A stretch of DNA of 64,000 bases from Nitrospirota bacterium (GCA_016180645.1 JACPAV010000018.1:1-64000), one strand, 5' to 3'. Shown: positions 37,607 through 46,968, numbered from the stretch's first letter. Made by a program: numbers and translations. The notes: generated from the sequence alone by a model not told the origin.

Positions 37607-38264
37607 GTTTTCTTTCCTCGACCATCAGGAATTGCCGAGCCATCGCGGACATTTCCCCCAGCAATACGGGGAAATTCTTCGAGTCCAGATCCTCCTTCGG
37701 AACTGTTCGAACCCTTGCAGTTCCCCATTCCTTTCCATATTCGCAATAGATCTTGAAGACATCCTTCCCCTTCTGGGAGAATCTCATGTCCATCGACACG
37801 GTTCTGATATCAGTTGACAAGTCCTTCCGCGGCGTACTCCTTAGTATTGTATGTCTTGGTTCAAATCTTGTCCAAGGAAATCGAAATCCGGCTCCAATTA
37901 CGTGAACGCGGCTCTTGGTCAATCCTGAGAGGATACGCCCGAAAGCCATTCCGTCATGTTCAGAACTCGGAGGATGTTTTCGCCGAATCGCCCTGCCGGT
38001 GAATGGAAATTCGATGTCGATATCCAAGTGTGAATTGTAGCCACCGTGGTCATCTGGAAAATACGTCAATCGCAAGCGAGCGCCTTTACTTCGAATTCGG
38101 ATACTCAGCAACTTGTCTGGCGCATGAAGCTTCTTGACTCTGGCATGGAAACAGACGTGCACCTCAGAACAATCTCGGTCGAATCCGCTTAGGATTGAAA
38201 GATACGGGAATGCCTCTCCTACCAGTTGACCAGTCAACACTTGATCTTGAAGACTCATGCCCAT
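37599..38264 (-). CDS. Hypothetical protein
   Basis: Co-oriented, overlaps the next gene, visibly lower GC. Confidence 0.55.
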   Translation of the reverse strand: MGMSLQDQVLTGQLVGEAFPYLSILSGFDRDCSEVHVCFHARVKKLHAPDKLLSIRIRSKGARLRLTYFPDDHGGYNSHLDIDIEFPFTGRAIRRKHPPSSEHDGMAFGRILSGLTKSRVHVIGAGFRFPWTRFEPRHTILRSTPRKDLSTDIRTVSMDMRFSQKGKDVFKIYCEYGKEWGTARVRTVPKEDLDSKNFPVLLGEMSAMARQFLMVEERKHV

Positions 38265-38275
38265 GGACTAAGATC

Positions 38276-39526
38276 CTATCCAATCATCAAACTGCGTTCA
38301 TGTCGAACCTGGGCAGACTGGGCACGACTGGACCGCATTAGGGGCGCCTGGGCTACCATGGTCCCGACCTTCGGCACGCAAATTCTGTCTCCTGAGTAAA
38401 CGTCCAAGCGCTTAACCGCCTCGGCCTTGTGTTCGTCCCCGATGTGCGCGTAAACTTCCACCATCTCCAAGCTACTCCATCCGCCAAGCTCCATCAAGGT
38501 CTTGATCGGCACCCCGGCCATGACAAGGCGACTCGCCCACGTATGCCTGAGGGAATGCCACACCACGCCGTCAAGGGTCACTTTCTCAAGGTCGATCCTT
38601 TCGGCCCCCTCCCCTTCCCCGATCCTGTAGAACTTCGCGCCCTTGTTCCGGGCCTCCGCAACCTTCGCGGCCAGGTCCCGGACCGCAAGCGTAAACCTGT
38701 GTGACATGAAGCTACCGCAATGCCGGAATATCCGGTCATCATCCAGGAAGTGAACCTTCAAGGCATCGCTCAATAGCGCGTGTACCGTGTCGTTCATGGG
38801 AACCGCGCGGGGCTTGCCGCTCTTGGTGTGTTCGACGTAGATGATCCGCTTTTCAAGGTCCACGTCCTGCCGCGTGAGTCGCGCCGTCTCCCCCAGCCTC
38901 AATCCGGTGTGAAGGCTGAACGTGATGACGGGCCGGAGCCAGCCCTCGGCATGGTGGAGGATCAAGGCTTCCTCTTCCGGCGAGAGGAATTTCAAGCGGC
39001 CTTTCTTCTCCAGCTTCAAGAGTTTCACCGCCGGGAACGGGGTTGAATCCAGCCTGCCGTGAGACTTGGCCTTGTTCAGCACCCGCCGCAGCATGGCGAG
39101 CCAGTGATTCACGCTCGGCCTTCCGTACCCTTCATCAACTTTGATCTGCTTGAATGCCTCCACGTCCGCCGGTGCTATCTCGCGGATGTCCTTCTCCCCG
39201 AAATGCTTTCGGAGTTCCTTCAAGCAGAACACGTCCCGCGTGTATGCCTTCAAGTGAATGCGCGAGTAGTTGAGCCACTCATCGGCCAGCATGTTGAACG
39301 TGGTCACAGGCTCCGGGACAATCGCGGCCAGCCTCTCCCACGGCCTTTCACCCGCCTGGACCTTCCCTTTCAGGTCGTCCAGAATCCCGATCGCCGTCTC
39401 AATCGTTCCGGCCTCATGCCGCTCAAGAATCCTCTCATGGTACTTCCTTCCAAGGTCCGGGTAGCGAACGAGAAACCGGCCGTCCGGTAACTGCCTCACG
39501 CCCTTGTACCGTTTGATCTTCGGCAT
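38276..39526 (-). CDS. int: Tyrosine recombinase/integrase
   Basis: HTGLRLGE, TKSG, WHSLRHTWASRL, GGWSSLEMVEVY. Confidence 0.95.
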   Translation of the reverse strand: MPKIKRYKGVRQLPDGRFLVRYPDLGRKYHERILERHEAGTIETAIGILDDLKGKVQAGERPWERLAAIVPEPVTTFNMLADEWLNYSRIHLKAYTRDVFCLKELRKHFGEKDIREIAPADVEAFKQIKVDEGYGRPSVNHWLAMLRRVLNKAKSHGRLDSTPFPAVKLLKLEKKGRLKFLSPEEEALILHHAEGWLRPVITFSLHTGLRLGETARLTRQDVDLEKRIIYVEHTKSGKPRAVPMNDTVHALLSDALKVHFLDDDRIFRHCGSFMSHRFTLAVRDLAAKVAEARNKGAKFYRIGEGEGAERIDLEKVTLDGVVWHSLRHTWASRLVMAGVPIKTLMELGGWSSLEMVEVYAHIGDEHKAEAVKRLDVYSGDRICVPKVGTMVAQAPLMRSSRAQSAQVRHERSLMIG

Positions 39527-39527
39527 C

Positions 39528-39728
39528 TTACCTGCCCCCTTTCTTCTTCGGGATTGCCTGTCCGCACGTCGGGCACCTGTCGGGCACGGCCTCTTTGCGG
39601 ATCAGCCGGTTGACCATTTCGTTGAAATTCTCACCCCGTGCTTTCAGGAGCGCGTCTATACGTCCTTCAAGTTCCGAATGCAAGCGCACGGAACGAAGGA
39701 ACGATTTGTCATGTTGTCTCTTGCTCAT
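39528..39728 (-). CDS. Small ribbon-helix-helix-like protein with CxxC
   Basis: SVRLHSELEGRI...NEMVNRLI; CPTCG. Confidence 0.55.
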   Translation of the reverse strand: MSKRQHDKSFLRSVRLHSELEGRIDALLKARGENFNEMVNRLIRKEAVPDRCPTCGQAIPKKKGGR

Positions 39729-39761
39729 TGTGTTACATAGTCACACATTCTAGAGTTCTTG

Positions 39762-40505
39762 TCAAGCCCTTCTCCGGGAACGTCGATTCCGGTTCCGTAT
39801 TTCGGCCCGAAGTGCTTTCACCGCCGCACCGAATGCGTCCACCGCCCTGCCATACCGGGACATCTTCCGCTGCCATCGGGCCACGTACAGAGGATTGGTC
39901 ATCCGCCTCAATCGGCTCGTCATCCAACGTTCCCAAGTCCATCCAGCGGGGGGGCACCGTCCATGTGGGGAAGGGTGATCGTCGCGCCCGTGAACACTTT
40001 TCCTTGCCGCTCGGAACTCGGCCCCCACCTGCCGGTGCATCCGCCTGCTATCGTAGGTAAGCCGTCCGCACAGACGGCACCGCCAGCGCCCGGTGAAAAA
40101 GAGGGTCTGACAACGCCGACTACACTCCGGGCATCGGAACCAAGGGCGCACACCCCCGAAATGGCAGGTCGTCCGTTCAAGGGGAATCGCGGTACCGTTC
40201 AACTCAAACTTGCTTTCCGATGCGGCGTAACTCAACGTCGCCAAGGGTTGCCCGTCCAGCGTCCATGAGAGCGTACCCGTGACAAAACCGACCCCCCCGG
40301 CCCCGGCGGGCGCAAGAAACCTTTTGCGATGAAGCCAGAGAACGTCTACCGCCTGAGCAGCTTCAACCGTCCCCGCGTGGCGAGCCGGGGGACCGCTCCC
40401 GCTACCGCCCAAAGGCCGCCTCTCTCGTGTGCATATCCCCTTTTTTCCCCAGGCCGTGGAAGGTTGGCGACGTTCGCAGCTTTCCGTAATCGTAAGGGGT
40501 TGCAC
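39762..40505 (-). CDS. Zn-finger hypothetical protein of integrative elements (start uncertain)
   Basis: TTCHFGGVRPWFRCPEC..RC..L...WRCRLC.RLTY.SR. Confidence 0.65.
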   Translation of the reverse strand: MQPLTITESCERRQPSTAWGKKGICTRERRPLGGSGSGPPARHAGTVEAAQAVDVLWLHRKRFLAPAGAGGVGFVTGTLSWTLDGQPLATLSYAASESKFELNGTAIPLERTTCHFGGVRPWFRCPECSRRCQTLFFTGRWRCRLCGRLTYDSRRMHRQVGAEFRAARKSVHGRDDHPSPHGRCPPAGWTWERWMTSRLRRMTNPLYVARWQRKMSRYGRAVDAFGAAVKALRAEIRNRNRRSRRRA

Positions 40506-40680
40506 CTGGATGTTTCAATCCCTCCGCAACACCGATAGCGGTCCCGCCACCGACGCACCCCCCCTCTAGCCCTGGTAGGCACGGGAATGAGTGGAGCGAT
40601 AACCGTTTTCCCGGCGAAGGGATGCGATCCGTCTGCCCGTTGACGCGCGAGTGAGTGGGGACTAGAATGAGTGAGTCGCC

Positions 40681-40857
40681 ATGAAGAACGGGAAGGGTAA
40701 AACGCGGAGAAAGAGAATTCCCCGGTACGGTAAGACCTACGCTGAATCCCTCGCCATCAAGCGGATGCTGGACAAGCTGCCGGAGGTTCACTACCGCTCT
40801 TGGAAAGAAGCGTTCACGCCGGAGGAATACAAGCTCTGGCGCAAGACCGCCCGGTAG
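40681..40857 (+). CDS. 58-aa putative antitoxin (below ORF-track cutoff)
   Basis: MKNGKGKTRRKRIPRYGKTYAESLAIKRMLDKLPEVHYRSWKEAFTPEEYKLWRKTAR, directly upstream of a RelE-like gene. Confidence 0.4.
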   Translation: MKNGKGKTRRKRIPRYGKTYAESLAIKRMLDKLPEVHYRSWKEAFTPEEYKLWRKTAR

Positions 40858-40875
40858 GTTCCCCCCTCTCATCAC

Positions 40876-41157
40876 GTGCCCACCGCCCGATTTGAAGTCG
40901 TCATCCCGTCTGCAATTCTTGAAGTGGTGGACGCCTGGGAGAAGAACGCGAAAGCCCGGTTCATCAAGGCGTGTCGGCTTGCCTCCGTCGATCTGTCCCA
41001 TCCCTCTCTACACGCCAAGAAGGTCACTCTCCACAGTGGTGAACCGGCCGTCCGATGCAGGATAGATGATCTGCACCGAATCCATTTCAACCCACCCACC
41101 GGAGGGCAATTGAGAATCAGAGAAGTCGGTGGCCACCGCTTGGAGGGGATCGGGTAG
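40876..41157 (+). CDS. RelE/ParE-like toxin
   Basis: HPSLHAKKV...RCRIDDLHRIHF...IREVGGH. Confidence 0.6.
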   Translation: MPTARFEVVIPSAILEVVDAWEKNAKARFIKACRLASVDLSHPSLHAKKVTLHSGEPAVRCRIDDLHRIHFNPPTGGQLRIREVGGHRLEGIG

Positions 41158-41166
41158 CTCATTTCA

Positions 41167-41328
41167 GTGTATCGACCACCCCGAAGTGTATCGAGTGGTG
41201 TATCGAAACCCCTTCCCCCCTCTTTCCGATACACTCGATACACCAAAGCATGAAATCGACGTAGTTAGAAGCACTTAGGTGGTGTATCGGTTGGTGTATC
41301 GGACCCCGCCAGTGTATCGAGTGTATCG
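41167..41328. repeat. Iteron cluster GTGTATCG (7 direct + 2 inverted); candidate ori of element 2
   Basis: Direct copies at 41167, 41186, 41198, 41282, 41294, 41312 and 41321; inverted at 41227 and 41236. Confidence 0.8.
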
Positions 41329-42710
41329 GTTTTGGGGGGTAGAGGGTACCGGGCGAGAACGTCCGCAAGTTGATCCATTGTCACCCGGAAACGCTTTCCT
41401 TGTTTCGTTCGTCCCTTGCCCTTGAATCCCAGCCGCGTCAGCTCAGCCCCGAACGCACCCGATTCCGCCCTGAAGTTCCGTTCCCCCGGCTTAGTACCAA
41501 AGTAGGCCGCCAGTTGGCCGGGATAGATCACGCTTTCGGCATCGGTCGCAAGATCACGGAGAGCAACAAGGGTGTTTTCAGTTCGCTCGCTCATGCAGTT
41601 CCCCTCCCCGTGCGTCTCCCTCGCCTTTTCTTCAAGAGTCTCCCGGGTTTTGAACTCCGGCGCGTCCGCTTGGACGCAATCCGCTATTGCAAAGAGGGGC
41701 CGCCAGAGTTCACGGGCACGGCCCACAAGGAAGGCCGGGGCGGTGTCCGCGTCATTGGCTTTCGTCACGTCCCGGAACCGGCTCAGGGCCAGGATGTAAA
41801 GCAGGTCCCGCGCCTCGGCCAAGTCGCCGATGATGTCCCGAACACCTCGGTTCAGCCGGTCCCGATCCTTCCCCCGCTGCATGAGGATTTCGACCGTGCG
41901 AGAACTGGTAACATCCCCGATTCCACGGATTCCCGCGAACGCCTTGGGCGAGTATGCGTTGAACCACGCCACATGGTCCTTCCCTTCGCCGACCATCCGC
42001 AATGCCCACGCTTCCTGCCGGTATCCGCTATTGACCAGAGGCATGATTTCGGACTTTTCATCCTTGCCCCAATTTTCCAGGTCATCGAAAAGAATCGTTG
42101 CCCCCGTCGCATGGACCAGGCGGTACAGGACCGCCGCGCTCACGCTCTCGCTCTTGATCGCGTTGAAGGCGACTGCCGCAAGGAATTCTTCCAGCTTGCT
42201 CTTGCCCGTCGCCATTCCGCCCAGGATGTTGAGGTACGGGAACCCCGGAAACAGGCGGTAGAAGTACGTCCCGATGACCCACGCTGCGATCAGGACGTGC
42301 ATGGATTCGGGGGCGTCGAAGAGATACCGGGACATCGTGACGATCCGGCCCGTGATTTTCTTGAAGTCGCCCTTCACCCCGCTCTTGAAGGCGTGGATAG
42401 ACTCCGTGCGCCAGCGGTTGAGAAAACCGTGTCCCTCGATCTTGGGAAGGACGCTCGCGGTGTAGCTGTGGGCGGCCAGGTCCGCGTGGGGGATCACTTC
42501 ACCGTGTGAGGTGACCAGGTGCCACACGGGGGGCTTCCCGGCGGGGCCGGGTAGCGCGACCGAAAGACACGCGAAGTCGTTTTCAAAGTGCAGGGCGGGA
42601 TGGATGATCTTCGCCCGGATCATCTCCGCGGCCCCGTTCGGGCGCATGAGGCGTTCAACCTTCTCCGTCGCCCCGCTCTCGCGGAGGAGGGTTTCAAGAT
42701 GTTCGCTCAC
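41265..42710 (-). CDS. P-loop replication ATPase/helicase (DUF3631-like)
   Basis: AAWVIGTY, PYLNILGGMATGKS, ILFDDLE, NSGY, YSPKAFAGI. Confidence 0.75.
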   Translation of the reverse strand: MSEHLETLLRESGATEKVERLMRPNGAAEMIRAKIIHPALHFENDFACLSVALPGPAGKPPVWHLVTSHGEVIPHADLAAHSYTASVLPKIEGHGFLNRWRTESIHAFKSGVKGDFKKITGRIVTMSRYLFDAPESMHVLIAAWVIGTYFYRLFPGFPYLNILGGMATGKSKLEEFLAAVAFNAIKSESVSAAVLYRLVHATGATILFDDLENWGKDEKSEIMPLVNSGYRQEAWALRMVGEGKDHVAWFNAYSPKAFAGIRGIGDVTSSRTVEILMQRGKDRDRLNRGVRDIIGDLAEARDLLYILALSRFRDVTKANDADTAPAFLVGRARELWRPLFAIADCVQADAPEFKTRETLEEKARETHGEGNCMSERTENTLVALRDLATDAESVIYPGQLAAYFGTKPGERNFRAESGAFGAELTRLGFKGKGRTKQGKRFRVTMDQLADVLARYPLPPKTDTLDTLAGSDTPTDTPPKCF

Positions 42711-42955
42711 AATGACCCTCGCTCCAGGGCGGTGTTGAACGCCGCTACCTTCGCCCGGAGCGGCAGCTCGCGCCAGGCGCGGAGATCATTATCCGCTTTC
42801 TCGGAGAAGTTCTGTGCAAGCGAGAGTGACAGCGTATCATCTCTCATGCGCGTCTCGGCGTGTTTGAGGGCTTCGCGCATTGCGTTGCGTTCATCGAGAA
42901 GATCCCGCTCGCGGTCGCGGCACCACTCAGCGAACAGCGGAGCGACTTCCGGCAT
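42707..42955 (-). CDS. 82-aa hypothetical protein, homologue of 35000-35248
   Basis: Same length, position and shared motifs as 35000-35248. Confidence 0.65.
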   Translation of the reverse strand: MPEVAPLFAEWCRDRERDLLDERNAMREALKHAETRMRDDTLSLSLAQNFSEKADNDLRAWRELPLRAKVAAFNTALERGSL

Positions 42956-43250
42956 CGCCCGCTCCCTCGCTTGTTTTCTGATTGCGCTTCACCGGGGGGC
43001 CGATTTTCAATTCGCCGGACACGATGCGGGCGAGGTCGCTTTCTCGAAATCTGACGGCGCGGCTCCCGATTCGGACCGGCTCAATTGGAAACCGCCCGGC
43101 GGAAACAAGATTTCGCACGGTGCCGCCGGATAGTCCGATCATCTCGCCGGACTGGGGGTAAGTGCGTAGTCGATCCGTCACTCGAACACCTCCTGTGTTT
43201 CTGGTAATTTCACCGAAAGGATTGTCATTCATGCGCCCATTTTCGCGCAC
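42927..43250 (-). CDS. AlpA/excisionase-like protein (start uncertain)
   Basis: IGLSGGTVRNLVSAGRFP..PVRIGSRAVRFRESDL. Confidence 0.75.
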   Translation of the reverse strand: MRENGRMNDNPFGEITRNTGGVRVTDRLRTYPQSGEMIGLSGGTVRNLVSAGRFPIEPVRIGSRAVRFRESDLARIVSGELKIGPPVKRNQKTSEGAGDAGSRSAVR

Positions 43251-43329
43251 ACCCCCATTTCTGAAAAGCAGCGTGGAAAAATGTGGGAGGAGATAAGGTC
43301 AAATCCCCCCTGATTCCAACCGTCCGCGG

Positions 43330-43950
43330 CTATCGGATTTTGGCGGTGTCTGGATTCAGGAGACGTTGGACAATAGCCCGGCGATGAATTCTATTCGGCG
43401 AAAGCGAGGTCAGTTCCACCGGGCTAACGACGCGGCCTTTGTGAACAACTCCCGACTTTCGCCACTCCCGGAGGACCTGCAACCGGAAGCTTCTCATCTG
43501 CGGATTTCGCTTTCCGTATGAAGCTTTGACTACATCGCGCACCCGGTCCGCCTTGATTCCCAACTCTTGTGAGGTCTCGATCACCGCGAATTCGGACGGC
43601 GTGCGAGCTAGTGACAGGTAGTTGGCTATCACCACCGGATCAATGGGCGGGAGATCGTTCAGCTTGAGGTTCTGATTGTGGTTTAGAAGCCACTCCTTGA
43701 GCCATTCACGTCGATCGGTTCGTCTCACGTCGCGCAGGCTCCCGTTAAAAAGATGCCAGATCCCACAGTAGGAGGAGACGTACTTGAGGATGATACTTTC
43801 CGGCGAAGCAGTTTTCCGCTCCGCCTCAAATTGCCTCAAGACATCAGGATGCTTCGTGGCCAGGAACCGGCGCAGGTCCCTACAGTAGTTGCGAGGTTTT
43901 CTCAGCCCCCCGCGAGGGGCGCTGCGCACTCGTTTGGCTGGGCGATTCAT
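43330..43950 (-). CDS. Hypothetical protein
   Basis: 206-aa ORF in the regulator position upstream of the AlpA-like gene. Confidence 0.55.
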   Translation of the reverse strand: MNRPAKRVRSAPRGGLRKPRNYCRDLRRFLATKHPDVLRQFEAERKTASPESIILKYVSSYCGIWHLFNGSLRDVRRTDRREWLKEWLLNHNQNLKLNDLPPIDPVVIANYLSLARTPSEFAVIETSQELGIKADRVRDVVKASYGKRNPQMRSFRLQVLREWRKSGVVHKGRVVSPVELTSLSPNRIHRRAIVQRLLNPDTAKIR

Positions 43951-44031
43951 GCGGAATAACAGAAAGTCCTTCGATGTTCCCCGAGCCTACCAATGAATCT
44001 CGTCCCATTCAATTCTCCCCATCTCCCACCG

Positions 44032-44799
44032 CTACCGGGTCGCGGTGAAGGTATAGCTGAACGTGCAATACCTCACGATGGCTCCAGATTGGGAGTATGA
44101 AGCGATCACCGATTGGGTGCCGACAAGCCCAGTACCGTCGAACTTCCCAGAGTAGGAAAAATCTACTGTGACCGTATCTTGGGAACATGAGGAGACGGAA
44201 CGTTTGGAGAGGGAGAATATACCTGTGGAGGAAATCACGCCCGATAGTTCTGTGTCTGAGAGTTTTTGGCAGCCAGGGAGTATCCCGGACAATCCACGAT
44301 CCGCAATGGCTTGGCCGTTTCGTTCCAAGATGATTACCTCCGAATTCGTTTTGCCCTTCTCCTCCGGAGAACATGAATTGCCCGTCATCAGATTCGCAAA
44401 AAGCCAAGTTCCCTCAATGGCCATCAAATCGACCTGAGCGGGAGTCGGCGGCGGTTGGGGTGTCGGGGGAGTTGGAGGCTGCGTCGTCGGAGGCGGCTCG
44501 ACCGTCTGCGTTACGGTCGGTGGTGGTTCCGCTGGCGGTGGCTGTGATTCGGTTGAAGTTGGGGGAGGCTGCGGTGTAACCGTTGTCGTCGTCGGCGGAG
44601 TCTGCGTCTGTGGAGCGACGGTCGCGGCCTGCTCTGGTTTCGCACAGAGGCCCGCCTTGAACTCAGTCCCAACCGGGCAGCAACTCAGGCCATCGTTGAC
44701 GGGGTACTCTCCCTCCTTGCAGGTCGGATCTCCCTCCTTGCCGCAACCCGCGAGCAGGAGGAGCAGGGCGGCCCCGATGAACTTCACAGATCGTTTCAT
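44032..44799 (-). CDS. Pro/Thr-rich lipoprotein
   Basis: MKRSVKFIGAALLLLLAGC lipobox; P/T linker. Confidence 0.75.
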   Translation of the reverse strand: MKRSVKFIGAALLLLLAGCGKEGDPTCKEGEYPVNDGLSCCPVGTEFKAGLCAKPEQAATVAPQTQTPPTTTTVTPQPPPTSTESQPPPAEPPPTVTQTVEPPPTTQPPTPPTPQPPPTPAQVDLMAIEGTWLFANLMTGNSCSPEEKGKTNSEVIILERNGQAIADRGLSGILPGCQKLSDTELSGVISSTGIFSLSKRSVSSCSQDTVTVDFSYSGKFDGTGLVGTQSVIASYSQSGAIVRYCTFSYTFTATR

Positions 44800-44868
44800 G
44801 ATTCCCCCTTTCGATTCGCCCCCACCTTCACATGGCGATTGTAATACAACAATGCCGCTATTAATAGC

Positions 44869-45129
44869 GTGTTCCTTCGGCGGAAGCAAGGCTACACATA
44901 CGAGGTGCTTCAGTCGTCAGCCAAGGAACGTCAAGCGGGCAAGAGACTCGGAGGAAAAGTCCGCTCTTTGAGGAGAAGAAGAGGGATCACCCAGGAGAAG
45001 CTTGCCGAATTGGTCCAGATCGATGCCCGGCACATCCAGAGGATCGAGGCAGGCGACGGCAACCCAAGTCTTTTTCTGATCGTGCGTCTGGCCGGCGCTC
45101 TGGCGGTGCCACCCTCCAGCCTGCTTTGA
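44869..45129 (+). CDS. XRE-family HTH regulator
   Basis: VRSLRRRRGITQEKLAELVQIDARHIQRIEAG..NPSL. Confidence 0.85.
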   Translation: MFLRRKQGYTYEVLQSSAKERQAGKRLGGKVRSLRRRRGITQEKLAELVQIDARHIQRIEAGDGNPSLFLIVRLAGALAVPPSSLL

Positions 45130-45226
45130 GGCCATGGCATCCGGGCAACCCTTCAAATCCGCTCCCGACCAGAATTCTCCCTCCCTTCGGAACGTCTGAT
45201 CGGAATTCAGGCAAAGTTCTCGCGCG

Positions 45227-45298
45227 ACCCCCTGGACGGAATCAAGCCGGGGGGCGTGTCGGTTTTCCGACTCGGATGCTTCCACCGATGCCCCGCCG
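45227..45298. repeat. 72-bp structured direct repeat, copy 1
   Basis: Matches 46592-46663 with 1 mismatch; contains the gtcgg-tttt-ccgac hairpin. Confidence 0.9.
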
Positions 45299-45308
45299 CG
45301 CGCGGCTG

Positions 45309-45932
45309 TCACCGCCCAACGCCGCAGATGCCAGGGTACATCATCCGACAATCCTCCAGCGTCGCGTGCCGGACGGGGGCGAGCCACAAGCCCAGCCCAA
45401 ACGCCAGCAGGACGGCCACCCAAATACCCCACTTGCGTACCCGCCCCGACAAAGGCAATTTGCCCACACCCGAAAGCGCACGGAGATCATCGTGCAGGTA
45501 GGCAGATTGGACGAAGTCTAGAGTAACAAGCTGGAAGAGGTTGAAGGCTATCGATTCTTCGAACCGGCTCCCTGTTTCAGAAATCCCCGCTCGAAATTGT
45601 TTGACCACCCCATCGAGGACGGAGGCAGTGTCAAGCCGCCAGAAGCGCCAGTCATAGGCATGGCCCCGGGTGCTGGCCAGGACACGGGACGCGACCTCGG
45701 CCTCTTCGCGATTAAATGCCGCGACGTGACCGTAGATGGCGGCCCGGATCTGGGGAAGCTTCTGTTTTGCCATGTGAGCAGTTACCAACTCACGATATTC
45801 CGTGCCCGCGAATTGGGCGGAAAGTTGTCCAACCGATACGTCGCGGATTGCCATCCTGGACCGGATGTGATCTTCAGGGGAGACGGACTCACGGGAGGGT
45901 ATGTGCTCTGCCCAAGGAGTTGAATCGATCAT
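45309..45932 (-). CDS. Hypothetical membrane-anchored protein
   Basis: C-terminal hydrophobic helix WGIWVAVLLAFGLGLWL. Confidence 0.55.
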   Translation of the reverse strand: MIDSTPWAEHIPSRESVSPEDHIRSRMAIRDVSVGQLSAQFAGTEYRELVTAHMAKQKLPQIRAAIYGHVAAFNREEAEVASRVLASTRGHAYDWRFWRLDTASVLDGVVKQFRAGISETGSRFEESIAFNLFQLVTLDFVQSAYLHDDLRALSGVGKLPLSGRVRKWGIWVAVLLAFGLGLWLAPVRHATLEDCRMMYPGICGVGR

Positions 45933-46074
45933 CGCGACACAATGCGGCCGCTCTGGGCGGCCCGACGAGGGCCTTCTATTGCGTTGAAGCCGTCATGAAT
46001 CATCGGTCCCATGCTGTTCCCCCTTTCAGCCCGGCGGGTTGGGAGACTCTCGCCGGGATTTTCCCATCATGACA

Positions 46075-46335
46075 TTACCGGTAGGCGTCCTTGCGGTGGC
46101 GGATGTGGGTTACGTCTACGACTTTCGATCCGTCGTCAATCCCGTAGATGACCCGGTAGGTCCCGACGCGAATGCGCCACAGGTTGAGGCGCCCTTTCAG
46201 TTTTACCACTCCAAGCGGGCGGGGGTTGACTGATAACTTGTCGATGGCCGCCTCTGCTCGATTCTGTGCTGACAGCGGAAGTTTCAAAAGCTCGCGCTCG
46301 GCGGACGACGCAAGGGTGACGCGGTACTCAGCCAC
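46075..46335 (-). CDS. relE: RelE toxin
   Basis: YRVTLASSAERELLKL...NPRP.GVVKLKG...WRIRVGTYRVIY.I...HRKDAY. Confidence 0.92.
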   Translation of the reverse strand: MAEYRVTLASSAERELLKLPLSAQNRAEAAIDKLSVNPRPLGVVKLKGRLNLWRIRVGTYRVIYGIDDGSKVVDVTHIRHRKDAYR

Positions 46336-46561
46336 GCCGGGGTCGGCGCGAGGAAAGACGTTTCTTCACGTCCTCCCATTTCACCCGCGGTTCGTTCCGG
46401 CGGCTCCGCGCCACCAGCGAGTCGTAAACGTCCTCCCAAATCCTACCATGGCGGGCAAGATCCAATACGACGGCCTTCTTTCTGCCGTCCGAGTCGGAAA
46501 TGAACTGAACGCCTTTGATGCTCACAAGATCAAGAATATCACGCCATCCTGTTCGGTTCAA
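46328..46561 (-). CDS. Antitoxin partner of RelE (start possibly 46525)
   Basis: QFISDSDGRKKAVVL...WEDVYD...VKWEDVK; overlaps relE. Confidence 0.75.
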   Translation of the reverse strand: MNRTGWRDILDLVSIKGVQFISDSDGRKKAVVLDLARHGRIWEDVYDSLVARSRRNEPRVKWEDVKKRLSSRRPRRG

Positions 46562-46591
46562 CGCGGGAAAAATGGCTGAAGTTTCCGTGCA

Positions 46592-46663
46592 ACCCCCTGG
46601 ACGGAATCAAGCCGGGAGGCGTGTCGGTTTTCCGACTCGGATGCTTCCACCGATGCCCCGCCG
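46592..46663. repeat. 72-bp structured direct repeat, copy 2
   Basis: Matches 45227-45298 with 1 mismatch. Confidence 0.9.
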
Positions 46664-46931
46664 TTCGCACCGGTCGGCACGTGGGTGCATCCCACCGCCT
46701 CGGTCGATTCGCACTTCATCCGCGCGGAAGAAATCGCGCCACGGGCTTGCAATCGCATTTTCCGTATGGCGCGAAAATCCCGGCCGGAAATTCCGACTCC
46801 AAATTTACTCCAAAGTTTGTACCGTAATCCCACGTAACGGCTTGTCATCGGACTTCACACCGATTGGGAAAACGTCGATTCTTCAAGGGGGAATGACAAC
46901 CTGTGAGCAGTGATTATGTGTTAGGTTGAAA

Positions 46932-46968
46932 TTGGGAAGCAGATGCTCTGCCCCTGAGCTACACCCGC
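46932..46968 (-). repeat. Displaced, probably native 5' half of tRNA-Gly; outer boundary of the island array
   Basis: 37-bp identity to 2560-2596; housekeeping-type genes follow. Confidence 0.93.

Larger units (their letters stand above)
36616..46968. mobile_element. Integrative satellite-like element 2 (~10.3 kb)
   Basis: 43-bp identical repeats (36616-36658 and 46932-46974); arm repeats actccaaatttactccaaa at 36704-36722 and 46796-46814; integrase, AlpA-like gene, replication ATPase and iterons. Confidence 0.88.

Noticed and set aside
41167-41328. Possible CRISPR array
   Set aside because: Repeats are only 8 bp, irregularly spaced and in both orientations; no cas genes.
41370-42509. 379-aa plus-strand ORF
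   Set aside because: Antisense shadow of the replication ATPase.
45227-46663. Integron attC cassette array
   Set aside because: The repeats lack RYYYAAC/GTTRRRY ends, and neither integrase is recognisably IntI.
2560-46968. Prophage or ICE
   Set aside because: No capsid, terminase, tail, lysis, relaxase or T4SS genes recognised.
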